DNA of 64,000 nucleotides from Deinococcus sp. (GCA_965261005.1 OZ253375.1:1248001-1312000), one strand, 5' to 3'. Positions 1 through 11,948 are shown, counted from the first letter of the stretch. Notes: generated from the sequence alone by a model not told the origin. A program made the numbers and translations.

Positions 1-298
1 AGTTGGCGATGGCCTCGCCCAAGCGGCCGATGCCCAGGATCACGACGCTCCAAGCCTGGGTCAGGCCCAGCACACGCATCAGCTCACGCCTGAGCATGGG
101 CACGGTGTAACCCATGCCGCGCGTGCCGAAGCGGCCGAAGTACGCGAGGTCCTTGCGGACCTGAAAGGCGCTCACCTGCGCGCGGTCGGCGAGGTCCCTG
201 CTGTGGGTGCGCGAGATGTCCTCGGCTTCCAAGTTCTCCAAAATGCGCAGGTAGGTCACCAGGCGCGAGATGGTCGCCGAGGGAATGCCCGAGGTCAT
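1..298 (-). CDS. rex: Redox-sensing transcriptional repressor Rex (runs off the window edge)
   Basis: Manual translation from ATG at 298: MTSGIPSATISRLVTYLRILE...QVRKDLAYFGRFGTRGMGY...VVILGIGRLGEAIAN. This shows the Rex wHTH motif and the start of the Rossmann fold. Not in the ORF track because it is truncated. Confidence 0.95.
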   Translation of the reverse strand, partial: MTSGIPSATISRLVTYLRILENLEAEDISRTHSRDLADRAQVSAFQVRKDLAYFGRFGTRGMGYTVPMLRRELMRVLGLTQAWSVVILGIGRLGEAIAN

Positions 299-1291
299 CT
301 AGCGAACCCGGAAGTGCTCAAGGCCCATGCCGCTCAGCTTGCCTTCGGCGTTCCCAATCTCGCCGGGACCAAAGGGGCCGACCAACACGCGCACCTGCTG
401 ACCGGGGGGGGCGTTGACGGTCGGGGAAAAGCCCTCGGCGCGCAGCTTCTCGACCAGCGGCGCGGCATTGTCCTGCCGCGCAAAGGCGCCCACCTGAAGG
501 TAGCTGTCTGGGGTGGCCGGCTGGGCGGCACTTTGCTGGGCGGCGTCCTGACTGGCCGGCGCCGCGCCCGGCTTGGCCGCGTCTGAGTCACCCGCGTCCG
601 AAGTGGCGCTGTCTGAAGTGAGAGTGTCCGCGTTCGGCTTGTCCGTCGCCGGCTCGCCCACGGGCGCGTACAGCACCATGCTGGGAAACACGCGCTGAAT
701 GTCGTCCCGCGCCTTTGTGGCCGTGTCGCGGTCGGCGAAGGGGCCGACTTGGGCCACCACCCCGCTGGCGATGGGGATGATGTGAACGGTGTAGCCCTCG
801 TCCGCGATGGCGCGGGTGGCCGCCAAGGCCGCCGCCTCGTCCGCGAAGACGCCCGCGCTCAGGCGGTAGTCGGCGCGGGTGGGCGTGTCGGCCCTGCTGG
901 TGGGCACAGGATTGGTTGACGTGGGGCTGGCTTGGGCGGATTTGGCCGACATGGAATCCGCTGGGGTGGGCGCGGCGCCGGCCGCCTCTTGGCCGGACGC
1001 CCCAACAGACGGCGTGACCACGACGGGCGATCCATCCCCCTGGCCCGCGATGGTGGGCAGTTGGTCGGAAGGCGCCTCAGAGGCCGTGTCGGCGCCGGAC
1101 GGTGCACCCGCTTGTGACTGCGGCGCGCTTTGGACCGTGCTGTTTTGAACCGGGTTGGGCGGCGTGACCCCGCTTGCAGCCCCACCACTCCGCGTCTGGT
1201 CGCCCAGCAGCACGAACGCGAAGCCGCCCAGCAGCGCCACGATCAGCAGCGAGATGACCAGGTCCGGCCAGTGACGACGAAAAAAGGTCAA
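299..1291 (-). CDS. Membrane-anchored protein with two SPOR (peptidoglycan-binding) domains, FtsN/DedD-like
   Basis: N-terminal TM helix, Pro/Ala/Ser linker, SPOR motifs YRLSAGVF...QVGPF and YLQVGAF...VLVGPF. Confidence 0.85.
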   Translation of the reverse strand: MTFFRRHWPDLVISLLIVALLGGFAFVLLGDQTRSGGAASGVTPPNPVQNSTVQSAPQSQAGAPSGADTASEAPSDQLPTIAGQGDGSPVVVTPSVGASGQEAAGAAPTPADSMSAKSAQASPTSTNPVPTSRADTPTRADYRLSAGVFADEAAALAATRAIADEGYTVHIIPIASGVVAQVGPFADRDTATKARDDIQRVFPSMVLYAPVGEPATDKPNADTLTSDSATSDAGDSDAAKPGAAPASQDAAQQSAAQPATPDSYLQVGAFARQDNAAPLVEKLRAEGFSPTVNAPPGQQVRVLVGPFGPGEIGNAEGKLSGMGLEHFRVR

Positions 1292-2799
1292 CGCAGCGCC
1301 TCCTCGGCCTTGGCATACCCCAGACCCAGAGCGGTCTTGAAGGCGGGCTTGGCCTCGGCCTCACGGCCCTGGCTGCGCAGGCTCCAAGCCAAGTTGTACC
1401 AAGCCTCGCCGTTTTTGGGGGCGTCGGCGACCACGCCGCGCAGGGTGGCCTCGGCCTCGGGGTAGCGGCCGGCGGCCAGCAGCGCGGCGCCCAGCGTGGC
1501 GCGCGAGGACAGCGCCGGGTCGGCCTTGACGCTCGCCTCCAGCGCCGCGCTCGCGCCCGCGAAGTCTTTCAGAGCGTACTGGCTCAGGCCCAGCCACAGG
1601 TAGGTGTCTGCCGCCGGCGTCTTGAGGGCCGCCGACTGAAGGGCTTTTGACGCCGCGGCGTAGTTGCCTTGCCGGTAGGCGGCCACCCCCTGCACAAATT
1701 GGGCGCGCGAGGCCGTCGCCGGGTCGGCGGCGTCTTGCAGGGCCAGTCCCGCCGCCGCGCGGGCCGCCGCAAAGTCGCCCAGGGCGAGTTGCACGCTCGC
1801 CAGGTTGGCGCGGTAGAGGGCGTTCTTGGGCGCCTGCTTCACCGCCGACTGCCAAGCGCCAAGGGAAGCTTTGCGGTCGCGCGCGAACAGCTGCTCGCCC
1901 AGCTTGGCCCAGGCCGTGGCGCCGGTCGGGTTGAGCTGCGTGGCCCCGCGCAGCGACTCGATGGCGGCCTTGGCTTGGCCCTGTCCGATGTGCACGTCGG
2001 CCTCGCGCTCCAGCAGCGTGGCGCGCGAGGCGTCCGAGGTCACGGTCTGGACCGCGCCGCTCAGCTCGCGCAGGGCGCGCTCCGGCAATTCCTGCGCCGC
2101 GTAGATGTCGGCGATCAGCAGGGTGGCGCTCACGTTCTGCGGCTCGGCCTGGCGCGCGGCGTAGGCCAGCGGCAGCGCGTCCGGCCCGTTGCCCCCCCGG
2201 AACAGGGCGTCCGCCAAGCGCAGCTTGAGGGCCGCGTCCCCGGGACTCAGCTTGACGGCCTCCCCCAAGGTCGCGCCCAGGGCCGCGAAGTCCCCCTTGC
2301 GCGCCTGTTCCAGGGCCAGCGCGTTCAGAATCTGCGACACGGTCTCGGCGTTCTCCTTGCCGCGCGCCAAGTCGAGGGCTTTCGCGTAGTCGGCGAGGGC
2401 GTCCTCACCGTTCTGCGCGCGGGTGGCGACCACGCCCAGGTTGTAGTAGCCCTCGAAGCGCTCCGGGGCCAGCTTGGTCAGCTGCTCGAACTCGAAGCGG
2501 GCGCCGGTCAAGTCGCCCAGCGCGTAGAGGGTCAGGCCGAGGCCGAAGTGGGCCTCCGGATCGCCGTACTCGGCGGCCACCGCGCCCTCAAAGAGGCGCT
2601 GGGCCGCCCTCAGCTGCCCGGCCTTGAGGGCGGCGCGGGCGGCGTCCAGGCCGGGCGCCGTACTCTGCACCGCCTTTTCTTGGGCCGGCGCCGCCTGAAC
2701 TTGACCCGCCGCAGGCATACCTTGCGCCGAGGCGAGCGTGCCCCAAGCGCTCAGGCACACTAGGGCGCCGGTTATCACGGAATGTTGTTTCTGAGCCAC
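1288..2799 (-). CDS. Exported tetratricopeptide-repeat protein
   Basis: Signal peptide (ASA|Q), many TPR motifs (AHFGLG, YYNLG, AWAKLG, AWYNLA), RBS AGGAGG before the GTG start. Confidence 0.9.
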   Translation of the reverse strand: MAQKQHSVITGALVCLSAWGTLASAQGMPAAGQVQAAPAQEKAVQSTAPGLDAARAALKAGQLRAAQRLFEGAVAAEYGDPEAHFGLGLTLYALGDLTGARFEFEQLTKLAPERFEGYYNLGVVATRAQNGEDALADYAKALDLARGKENAETVSQILNALALEQARKGDFAALGATLGEAVKLSPGDAALKLRLADALFRGGNGPDALPLAYAARQAEPQNVSATLLIADIYAAQELPERALRELSGAVQTVTSDASRATLLEREADVHIGQGQAKAAIESLRGATQLNPTGATAWAKLGEQLFARDRKASLGAWQSAVKQAPKNALYRANLASVQLALGDFAAARAAAGLALQDAADPATASRAQFVQGVAAYRQGNYAAASKALQSAALKTPAADTYLWLGLSQYALKDFAGASAALEASVKADPALSSRATLGAALLAAGRYPEAEATLRGVVADAPKNGEAWYNLAWSLRSQGREAEAKPAFKTALGLGYAKAEEALR

Positions 2800-2968
2800 C
2801 TGCTCCTCCTGTTGATAGTTCTCACCGCGCCCCGCACGTCTTGACGCTCAACTCCCTCGAAATTCCGGTTGAAATCTCGCGACATGATAACACGCTAAGT
2901 TTTCTTCATGTATTAAAAATACGACGCGGCGGGCTTGCAGGCCCGCCGCGCCAAAACCAGTGAGAAAC

Positions 2969-4015
<1,047 letters not shown>

Positions 4016-4068
4016 TGGGGCAGTGTAAGGCGGCGCGCGGCTCAGCATGGCGGTCCCCAGCACCAAAC

Positions 4069-5145
4069 TCAGCGCGCGGCGAACGCCAGACCGAAGCCCG
4101 TTTTGAGCGTACCACCGACCAGCGAAACGTCCAGGCGCGGCCCCAGCGCGAAGCCAGAAACACGGTAGAGCAGCGCCACCCCCGTTCCGGGCACGCCCGC
4201 CGCGAAGTCGTAGCGCGGCGTGAACTCCAAGTCGAGCGGTCCCAGCGCAAAGCGGCCGGTCGCCGTGAGCAGGCTGACGGGGGCGCGCCGCTCCAGCCAC
4301 AGGTACTCCAAGGTGTACGTGGCGCCCACGAACTGAAGGGGACCGAGCTGCCAAGCGGGCGCAGCTACGATCAACAGGTGCGATACGTGCAGGGGAGTAA
4401 AGGCGAGCGCGGGCAGGGTGGCCGTCCCCGCCACCGCGCGCCCGAAGTGGTCGGCGTGCAGGCGCAGGTTGGGAAGCGCCTGCCAATCCAGGGCGGCGGA
4501 CAGGTCCAGGCTCCCTTGGCCCGAACTGGGAAACGCGTAGAGGCGTCCGGTAGCAAGCAAGAGGGCCGTCCAGGGACCGTCTACCGCCCGGCGCGAAAAG
4601 GTGGCCTCGACGTGCGCGAACCCGGCGGTTCGCCCGGCCTGCTCGCCGTACCCCACTTCGGCCAGCAGGCGGGCGGCCTGGCCCCCTTCAACCCGGCTCT
4701 CGGCGTAGCCCAAGCGGGCCTCGGACAGGCGACCCGCCCCGCGCAGCGCGAAGGCCGCCTGCATCCCGCCCAGCGGGTCATGCACGGCGGCCAGCGTCGG
4801 CACGCCCGAGGTGGCGCCCGCGTCGGCATTCTGAAACACCCCCAGGGCCAGCGAGGTGTCAAGGAGGCGCGTGGCGAGGCCGTACTCACGGTAGGCCGGG
4901 TGGTTGAACAGGTCCAACCGGACATCGGCGCCGGGAACGGGCAGCGGAAGGGCGCGCACGCCGTAATCGGTGAACGTCAGACCGAACTCGGGCGCGCGCG
5001 CCGAGAAGCGGCCGAAGTAGTCCGGCGGAAACAGGGCGGCGAATGGCGCCAAGTTCGGCGGGATCACCTGCGCCGAGGCCATTCCCAGCACCAGCAACAG
5101 GCACCACCACAGCGTTCGCACCGCGCCCAGCTTAGGACCAAACAT
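4069..5145 (-). CDS. Hypothetical exported protein, probable outer-membrane beta-barrel
   Basis: Signal peptide and alternating hydrophobic/polar beta-strand patterns with a near-terminal Phe (GFGLAF). The start may be slightly downstream. Confidence 0.6.
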   Translation of the reverse strand: MFGPKLGAVRTLWWCLLLVLGMASAQVIPPNLAPFAALFPPDYFGRFSARAPEFGLTFTDYGVRALPLPVPGADVRLDLFNHPAYREYGLATRLLDTSLALGVFQNADAGATSGVPTLAAVHDPLGGMQAAFALRGAGRLSEARLGYAESRVEGGQAARLLAEVGYGEQAGRTAGFAHVEATFSRRAVDGPWTALLLATGRLYAFPSSGQGSLDLSAALDWQALPNLRLHADHFGRAVAGTATLPALAFTPLHVSHLLIVAAPAWQLGPLQFVGATYTLEYLWLERRAPVSLLTATGRFALGPLDLEFTPRYDFAAGVPGTGVALLYRVSGFALGPRLDVSLVGGTLKTGFGLAFAAR

Positions 5146-5200
5146 GAAGTTTTGCGCCCAGCCTTACTTCATCTTGACTGCAACTCTTGACTACTTTTGA

Positions 5201-7489
5201 TTACGCCTTGACGTGAACGACCGTGACACCGTGCCCACCCTCGTACGGCTCGGCGTCGTGAAAGCTCTCCACCCGCTTGTCGGTCTTGAGATAGTCGCGC
5301 AGAATGCGCCGCAGCACGCCCTGCCCCTTGCCGTGGACCACCCGCAAGGGACCCTCACGCAGGGCGGCGGCCTCACCGATGGCGGCGCGCAGCTCCTCGA
5401 CGGCCTCCTCGGCGTGCTGGCCGCGCAGCTGAAGCTCGCGGGCGGCCGGGGCGGGCATGACGCCCGCAAAGGCGCTCACCTTGACCTTTTCCTCCCCGCG
5501 CAGCCGCACATCGCGCCGGCGCACGTTCACCTTGATCACGCCGAGCTGCACCACCAATTCGTCGCCACGCACTTCGAGCACCTGCCCGGAGGCGCCGTAG
5601 GCCGGCACGTCCACGTTGGAGCCGACCTTGAGCGGGTCCCCTTTCAGCTCGATCTGTTTCGGCCGCTCCTGTTGGGAGGCGCGGCGCAGTTGGCGCAGTT
5701 CCTCCAGCACGCGCGGGCGGGCCACGTCCTCGCGGGCGCGGGCGCGCAGGGAGCGCACCTGGTTGAGGGCGTCCTCGTAGACGCCCTCGGCGCGGGCGTG
5801 GGCCTCGGCCAGCAGTTCGCCCCGCTGGCGCTCAAGTTGGGCGCGCTCCTCCCCGGCGCGGATCAACTCGGTTTCGGCGCCGCGCCGGGCCGCCTGGGCG
5901 CCCTCCAGCTCGGCCGCGAGGGCGTCGCGCCCTTGCTCCAGGCTGGCCAGCAGTTCCTCAAGCCGCCCCCCTTCCGGCCCCAGAATGGCCTCGGCGCGTT
6001 CCGTCACGTCCCCCGGCAAACCCAGGCGCCGCGCGATGGCGAGGGCAAAGGAGCGGCCCGGCTGCCCGACCAGCAGGCGGTAGGTGGGGGCCAAGCTGTC
6101 CAGGTCGAAGCCCATCGAGGCGTTCTGCAAGCCCGGCGTATCCTGGGCGAACAGCTTGAGGGGCGCCAGGTGGGAGGTGACCACGCCGCGCGCATTCTGC
6201 CCGAGCAGGCGCTCCAACATCGCCTGCGCGAGGGCCGCCCCCTCGGCCGGGTCGGTGCCGCTGCCGAGTTCGTCAATGAGAACCAGGCTGTCCCGGTCAG
6301 CGCGCGCCAGAATGCGCTCCAAATTGCGCAGGTGGGCCGCGAAGGTGGACAGGCTGGCCTCAATGCTCTGCTCGTCACCGATGTCCACCAAGAGTTCGCG
6401 CGCTATCGGCAGGCGGGCGCGGGCGGCGGCCACGTACATGCCGCATTGGTGCATGGCGACGGCGAGGCCCAGCGTTTTGAGGGTGGCGGTCTTGCCCCCC
6501 ATGTTCGGCCCGGTAATCAGGAGCATCTGGGTTTGCCCTGTTTGGGTGGCGCCCAGGTTGATGTCGTTGGGAAGTGCCCCCTCGATCAGGGGATGGCGCG
6601 CCTCCTCTAGGTGGTAGACGCCGCCCTCGGCCAGCTCGGGGCGGTTGAGGCGCCAATCGCGCGCCAGGGCCGCCTTGGCCGCCACCAGGTCGAGGTCGCC
6701 CAGCGCCAACAGCGTTTCCGGCAAGCCCGGCTCCCCCGCCACCAAGCCCGACAGTTCGAGCAGGATGCGCCGCACCTCGGCCTCCTCCTCCAACTGAAGG
6801 CGGGCCAGCTCGTTGTTGAGGGGCGTGATGGGGGCCGGCTCCACGAAGTAGGTCTGCCCAGTGGCCGAAGCGTCCACCACGATGCCGCGCACCTGATTGA
6901 CGTAAGAAGCCTTGACCGGCAGCACGTAGCGGTCGCGGCGCAACGTGACCAAGTTTTCCTGAAGGGCGTCCCCCCAGCTCGACAGCAGGGCGGTCAGCTT
7001 GTCGCGAATCTCGGCGCGCAGGGGGGAGAGCCGGCGGCGAATCTGGCGCAGCTTGGGGCTGGCCTCGTCGCGGACCTGGCCCTCGCGGTCGAGACTCTCC
7101 AAGGTGCGCCGCACCAAAGCGGTGTGGTCGCCGACGCGGCCGGCCACTGCGCGCAGCGGGCCGCGCGAGCCGGCCATCACGGCGCGGCGCACGGTCATGG
7201 CGGCGTCGAGGCTGTAGGCGACCTCCAAGAGTTCGTTGCCGGGGAGAACCTTCCCCTCGCGGGCGCGCGCGTATGGGTCGCGGATGTCGGTGACGCCGCC
7301 GAGCTGCACGCTGACGCCGAACAGGGCGTCCTCGACCTCGTCGAGTTCGCCCTTTACGCGCGCGGCGTCGTCCGTGGGCATCAGGGCCGCCACCCGCTCG
7401 GCGCCGTAGCGGGTGGCGGCGCGGGCGAAAAGCGCCTCGCGGACGCGCGCGAAGTCCAGGGTGTCGAGGGCGTGTGAATCGAAAGGCAC
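5201..7489 (-). CDS. mutS2: MutS2 (ATPase, KOW and Smr domains)
   Basis: TGPNMGGKT Walker [11 protein letters not shown]-terminal Smr (HGKGQGVLR). GTG at 7489 is preceded by TAAACT with a 5-nt spacer. Confidence 0.95.
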   Translation of the reverse strand: MPFDSHALDTLDFARVREALFARAATRYGAERVAALMPTDDAARVKGELDEVEDALFGVSVQLGGVTDIRDPYARAREGKVLPGNELLEVAYSLDAAMTVRRAVMAGSRGPLRAVAGRVGDHTALVRRTLESLDREGQVRDEASPKLRQIRRRLSPLRAEIRDKLTALLSSWGDALQENLVTLRRDRYVLPVKASYVNQVRGIVVDASATGQTYFVEPAPITPLNNELARLQLEEEAEVRRILLELSGLVAGEPGLPETLLALGDLDLVAAKAALARDWRLNRPELAEGGVYHLEEARHPLIEGALPNDINLGATQTGQTQMLLITGPNMGGKTATLKTLGLAVAMHQCGMYVAAARARLPIARELLVDIGDEQSIEASLSTFAAHLRNLERILARADRDSLVLIDELGSGTDPAEGAALAQAMLERLLGQNARGVVTSHLAPLKLFAQDTPGLQNASMGFDLDSLAPTYRLLVGQPGRSFALAIARRLGLPGDVTERAEAILGPEGGRLEELLASLEQGRDALAAELEGAQAARRGAETELIRAGEERAQLERQRGELLAEAHARAEGVYEDALNQVRSLRARAREDVARPRVLEELRQLRRASQQERPKQIELKGDPLKVGSNVDVPAYGASGQVLEVRGDELVVQLGVIKVNVRRRDVRLRGEEKVKVSAFAGVMPAPAARELQLRGQHAEEAVEELRAAIGEAAALREGPLRVVHGKGQGVLRRILRDYLKTDKRVESFHDAEPYEGGHGVTVVHVKA

Positions 7490-7535
7490 GGGATAGTTTA
7501 TCAACCCGGCCCGGGTAAACCGTGCGGCGAATGGC

Positions 7536-8126
7536 TTATTGGGCCGGCTTGACCCGTCCCTTCAACAACCACCACACCGACAGCCCCGCGATCAACAACC
7601 CGCCCCCGATCACGTAAGGTTGGGAGCGCGCCCACAGCTCCAGAAAGATCTCGCCGAAGTACCACAGCCCAATTTGCCAGACCGCCACCCACGAGAGGGC
7701 GCCCAGCAAGCTGAACAGGGCGTAGGTGCCAAGGGGCATGCCCGCCGCGCCGGCGTACAAAATGAAGGGCGTGCGAATCAGGCCCAGCCAGCGCGAAAAG
7801 ATCACCACCCAGCCGCCCCAGCGGTCCAGCCAGCGGCGTACCTCCGCGACGCCCATGCCGGCGCGCGCCCGCTCGGGCAACAGCCGCGCGCCGCGCGCCC
7901 CCAGCAGGTAGCCGACCAGGTTGCCCAGCCAGTTGCCGGCCGCGCCCCACACGATGGCTTCCGGCAGCGTCACGCGCCCTTGGTGGATCAGGGCGCCCTC
8001 GGCCAGCCAGACCAGCTCGAAGGGGATGCCCGGCACGCCGACGCCCTCGATGAGCAGCAAGGAGAACAGCACCAAATGGACCCAGATGGGGTCCAGCGCC
8101 CCGAGCCACCCCGTGAAGCCGTCCAC
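7536..8126 (-). CDS. DedA family membrane protein
   Basis: E-G-x-G-x-P-x-x-P motif, [17 protein letters not shown] (conserved Arg), multiple TM segments. Confidence 0.9.
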   Translation of the reverse strand: MDGFTGWLGALDPIWVHLVLFSLLLIEGVGVPGIPFELVWLAEGALIHQGRVTLPEAIVWGAAGNWLGNLVGYLLGARGARLLPERARAGMGVAEVRRWLDRWGGWVVIFSRWLGLIRTPFILYAGAAGMPLGTYALFSLLGALSWVAVWQIGLWYFGEIFLELWARSQPYVIGGGLLIAGLSVWWLLKGRVKPAQ

Positions 8127-8135
8127 GGCGAGGGG

Positions 8136-8840
8136 CTACTTCAGCTTGGCGAGCACGGTCTGGGCGCCGTACACCTGGTCGCCCACGCTCACCTCGAACG
8201 CCACGTCCTCGGTGAACAGGAACAAATCCACCTGCGAGCCGCGCTCGATAAAGGAAACCTTCTGACCGGGGCGCAGCGCGTCGCCGACCTCGATGTAGGT
8301 GCGAATCTTGCTGACGAACTTGTCGGCGATCTCGACCATCGCCACTTTGGCGCGGCCCTCCACGAAGACCGTCTGGCGCTCGTTCTCCAGCGCGTAGCGC
8401 TTGCCGAACAGGTCCACCGCCCGCCGCAGCCAGGTCAGCTGCACGTATTCCCAAAGGTCCACCATCGGCAGGTTGAGCTTGGCGCCGGTGTGCTCGATGG
8501 CCGTGACCTTGCCGGCCAGGGGCGCGTAGTTGAAGTGAACGTCGAGGGGACTCATGTAGATGCCGATCAGCCAGCCGCGGCCGGGCGCGACTCCCGCCGG
8601 CCAATCGGCGTGGGTAATCTCACGCACGCTGATCTTCTGGCCCAGCTTCTCGGATTCAATCGCGCCGTCCTCGACGCGGCGGATGTACACGACCTGGCCG
8701 TCGCAGGGGCTGACCACCAAGTTCGGGTCCTGGGGCGAGACGCGCACGGGATCGCGGTAAAACCACACCCGCTGCAAAAACAACACCACCGCGCCCCAGA
8801 TCAGCGCGATGGGAACCAAAACACGCAGAAAACGTCGCAT
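8136..8840 (-). CDS. psd: Phosphatidylserine decarboxylase-family proenzyme (pyruvoyl-dependent)
   Basis: N-terminal TM, FYRDP, SPCDG, YMSPLDVH, RGS self-cleavage motif (ERGSQVD). ATG at 8840 is preceded by TATACT with a 5-nt spacer. Confidence 0.85.
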   Translation of the reverse strand: MRRFLRVLVPIALIWGAVVLFLQRVWFYRDPVRVSPQDPNLVVSPCDGQVVYIRRVEDGAIESEKLGQKISVREITHADWPAGVAPGRGWLIGIYMSPLDVHFNYAPLAGKVTAIEHTGAKLNLPMVDLWEYVQLTWLRRAVDLFGKRYALENERQTVFVEGRAKVAMVEIADKFVSKIRTYIEVGDALRPGQKVSFIERGSQVDLFLFTEDVAFEVSVGDQVYGAQTVLAKLK

Positions 8841-8862
8841 GCGGCAGTATACCCCGGCGGTC

Positions 8863-9942
8863 TTATACCTCCGGGCGCCAAGCCTCCTCATTGCTGGCCG
8901 CGTTGTCGGCCGTCCCTTCCCGCTCGGAACCGAAGACGTTTTTGCTTCGAGGCGGCGCGCCGTGGTGCTCGCGCCACCCCTTGTAGGCGATGTAGGGCAG
9001 CTTGGGCGCGTAGTAGAGCGCGAGGCCGGCGGCGCCGCGCCAGCGCGCCGGTCTTCCGTCGGGGGTCGCGGAGGGCGCGAAGGTGCCGTGGCGGTAAGCG
9101 CCGTCGAGGGAGCGCCACACCGCGCCGGCGCCGTCGCGCTCAGCCGTATCCGCCAGGCGGTCCGCCCCGGTCCGCTCCACCCACCTCAACTCGAAGCCGG
9201 TCAGGTCGTGCAGTTCCAGGGCGAGGTCGCGCACCGCCGGCGTCAAGCCTTCACGTGGGTAGACCTCGCGCAGCTTGTTGTAGGCGCCCGAGTCGAAGGG
9301 CAGGTCGCGCTTCAGGCCGGCCAGGCGCCACGCCGCGTCCACGATGGCGTGCAGCCGGGCGCGCTCCCACACCGGGTCGAGGGCGCGCAGCTCCAGGGTG
9401 CCCAGTCGGCGCGTCACGATCAAATCCTGAAAGCGGTGGAGGGGGTCGGCGCGCAGTGGGCCGAGGGCGAAGGAGGCGTGCAGGCGGTAGCTCTGCCCGT
9501 AGCGCGTGAGGCCCTTCCACGGCGACGAGGCGCTGGCGAGCACCAGCACCGGCAGAAAGCGCGCGATATTGCGGTAAGCCCGCTCGCGCTGCCCCGGCGC
9601 CACGCCCAAGTGCAGGTGCAGCCCGGCGGTATTGTACGGGTCGTCCTGGGTCAACATGCCGACCGGCGCGATCAAACCGCGCCGCGTCGCCGCCGCCAAC
9701 TCGGCGCGGCGCACAAAGACCTCGTCGAGCAGCGATTCTGGGGTGGCGTGGACCCCGGTCGAGATTTCCACCGTGCTCATCAGCCCCGGCAGCTTGCGGG
9801 TGAAGTTGGAGGCGGTGCCGCCGACGTTGCGCTTGGGGTCGCGCCACAACAGGCGGGCGAGGTCGAGCAGGCTGGCCGTCGAGGGCTGGCCCCCAAACAG
9901 CACGAACACCTCCTCCTCCAGGCCCAACGTCGGCGGGGTCAT
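8863..9942 (-). CDS. Glutamate-cysteine ligase family 2 (GCS2/YbdK-like carboxylate-amine ligase)
   Basis: TLGLEEE, VEISTG, GLHLHLG and TLELRALD motifs. ATG at 9942 is preceded by TACACT with a 6-nt spacer. Confidence 0.85.
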   Translation of the reverse strand: MTPPTLGLEEEVFVLFGGQPSTASLLDLARLLWRDPKRNVGGTASNFTRKLPGLMSTVEISTGVHATPESLLDEVFVRRAELAAATRRGLIAPVGMLTQDDPYNTAGLHLHLGVAPGQRERAYRNIARFLPVLVLASASSPWKGLTRYGQSYRLHASFALGPLRADPLHRFQDLIVTRRLGTLELRALDPVWERARLHAIVDAAWRLAGLKRDLPFDSGAYNKLREVYPREGLTPAVRDLALELHDLTGFELRWVERTGADRLADTAERDGAGAVWRSLDGAYRHGTFAPSATPDGRPARWRGAAGLALYYAPKLPYIAYKGWREHHGAPPRSKNVFGSEREGTADNAASNEEAWRPEV

Positions 9943-10008
9943 GTTCCCAGTGTACCCCTTAAGATGAGCGGCCCGGTCAGCTTTGGGGTTCCCGGTTATG
10001 CTGCCCCC

Positions 10009-10974
10009 GTGCGAATCGCGGTGGTGGGCGGCGGCGTGGCGGGCGGCGCGCTCGCGTACTTCGCCTCTCTGCGCGGCGCCGAGGTGATTTTGGTGGACGC
10101 GGGCGAAGGGGCCGCCTCGACCGTGCCGGCCGCCCTGATCAACCCGGTGCGCGGTCAGGGTGGAACAGTGGACCCGGACGCCGTGGCGGGCGCCAAGCTG
10201 ACTTGGCAGCTGGTCGGGAGCTTGGTTCGGGCCGGTCATTCGGTGCCGCACGGCCGAACCGGCGTGCGGCGCCCGGTGCCGGGTGAAGACACGCGGCGGC
10301 GCTGGGCGGCCAATTTGCCGCCCGACTTGGAGCACGCCTGGCTGGAACCCGGGACGGTTTCTGGCTTGGCGGACGGTTGGCACGCCGTCCTGGACTTGCC
10401 GCTGGGCGGCTGGCTGGACGGGGCGGCTTTCTGCGCCGCCCTGAGGGCGGCCAGCGGCGCTCAGGTGGTTTCCGGCTGGGCAGCCAAGCTGGAGGCCGGG
10501 CGGGTGACGCTCGAAGAGGGCGACACCATCGAGGCCGACCGGGTAATCTTCGCCGGCGGCTCCGTTGGCGCCTCGCGCCTCGGCTGGCCGGGCCAGCACC
10601 GGGCGGGCAGCGTGCTGCTGCTGGAGCGCTCGCCCGTCACGGTGCCGCTCAGCTTCGGCGTGTACGCCACGCCGGCGGCGGGGGGCGGGGTCCTCGGGGC
10701 CAGCTTCGAGGCGCCCAGCCCCGAGTACGCGCCAAACGGCTTGCCCTCGGAGTCGCTGGCGTGGCTGCTGGCGGGCGCGGGGCGCCTGCTGCGGAGCGAG
10801 TTGCTAAAGCAAACCGGCAGCTGGACCGGCAGCCGCCTTTCGACCCGCTGTGTCGGCCGGCGGGCGGACGGTACCTGGGCGCTCACCGGGCTGGGGTCCA
10901 AGGGTTTTTTATTGGGGCCGCTGCTGGCGCGGCGCATGATAGAGGCGCTATGGCCAAGTACACCATCTGTCTGA
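10009..10974 (+). CDS. FAD-dependent oxidoreductase (DAO/MnmC C-terminal-like)
   Basis: [11 protein letters not shown]ossmann motif, TGLGSKG C-terminal motif. GTG at 10009 is preceded by TATGCT with a 6-nt spacer. Confidence 0.85.
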   Translation: MRIAVVGGGVAGGALAYFASLRGAEVILVDAGEGAASTVPAALINPVRGQGGTVDPDAVAGAKLTWQLVGSLVRAGHSVPHGRTGVRRPVPGEDTRRRWAANLPPDLEHAWLEPGTVSGLADGWHAVLDLPLGGWLDGAAFCAALRAASGAQVVSGWAAKLEAGRVTLEEGDTIEADRVIFAGGSVGASRLGWPGQHRAGSVLLLERSPVTVPLSFGVYATPAAGGGVLGASFEAPSPEYAPNGLPSESLAWLLAGAGRLLRSELLKQTGSWTGSRLSTRCVGRRADGTWALTGLGSKGFLLGPLLARRMIEALWPSTPSV

Positions 10975-11948
10975 TTGAAGGCGACGGCATCGGCCACGAG
11001 GTCGTGCCGGCGGCGCGCCGGGTGCTGGAGGCCCTCGGCGTGAACACCGAGTTCACGCACGCCTTCGCCGGCTACGAGCACTTTCTGGAGACCGGCCAGA
11101 GCGTGCCGGAAGAGACGTTGGAGCGGGTTCAGGCCGCCGACGCCACCCTGTTCGGCGCGGCCACCAGCCCCAACCACAAGCTGCCCGGCTTTTTCGGCGC
11201 CATCCGCTACCTGCGCCGCAAGCTGGATTTGTTCGCCAACGTGCGCCCGGCGAGAAGCTACCCGGTGCCAGGCAGCTTCGAGAACGTGGACTTGGTGCTG
11301 GTGCGCGAAAACACCGAGGGGCTGTACGTGGAGGGCGAGCGGCGCTACGGCGACACCGCCATCGCGGACGCCGTCATTACCGTGGGCGCATCGCGGCGCA
11401 TCGGCGAGTACGCCCTCAAGCTGGCCCGGCGCCGCCGCCGCGAGCTGAGCGTGGTCCACAAGGCCAACGTGCTGCCGGTGACGCAGGGGCTGTTTCTGGA
11501 GACGGTGCTGGAGGAGGCGCGCAACTACCCGGACGTCAAGACCACGCCCGTGATCGTGGACGCCTGCGCCATGCACCTCGTCCGCACGCCGCAACGCTTC
11601 GACGTGATCGTGGCGACCAACCTGTTCGGCGACATCCTCTCCGACCTCACCGCCGGCCTGACCGGGGGCCTGGGCCTCGCGCCCAGCGGCAACATCGGCG
11701 AGCGGCACGCGGTCTTCGAGAGCGTTCACGGCTCGGCCCCCGACATCGCGGGGCAGGGCGTGGCCAACCCGGTTGCCACGGTGCTCTCGGCGGCGATGCT
11801 GCTCGACCACCTCGGCGAGGCCGCACAGGCGCGGCGCCTCACGGCGGCCGTGGAGGACGTGTTGCAGGGGGGTCCCAGAACGCGTGACCTCGGCGGCACG
11901 GCCGGCACCGAGGCGCTCACGCGGGCGCTGATCGCCCGCCTGGCCTGA
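10950..11948 (+). CDS. hicd: Homoisocitrate dehydrogenase (aminoadipate lysine pathway; IPMDH/IDH family)
   Basis: [19 protein letters not shown]...[12 protein letters not shown] as in the Thermus enzyme, [18 protein letters not shown]. Confidence 0.85.
   Translation: MAKYTICLIEGDGIGHEVVPAARRVLEALGVNTEFTHAFAGYEHFLETGQSVPEETLERVQAADATLFGAATSPNHKLPGFFGAIRYLRRKLDLFANVRPARSYPVPGSFENVDLVLVRENTEGLYVEGERRYGDTAIADAVITVGASRRIGEYALKLARRRRRELSVVHKANVLPVTQGLFLETVLEEARNYPDVKTTPVIVDACAMHLVRTPQRFDVIVATNLFGDILSDLTAGLTGGLGLAPSGNIGERHAVFESVHGSAPDIAGQGVANPVATVLSAAMLLDHLGEAAQARRLTAAVEDVLQGGPRTRDLGGTAGTEALTRALIARLA

Noticed and set aside
2800..2968. Rex operator or radiation-desiccation response motif upstream of the rex operon or the repair genes
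   Set aside because: No convincing TTGTGAA-N4-TTCACAA or RDRM-like 17-bp palindrome found by eye; a PWM scan would be needed to exclude weak sites
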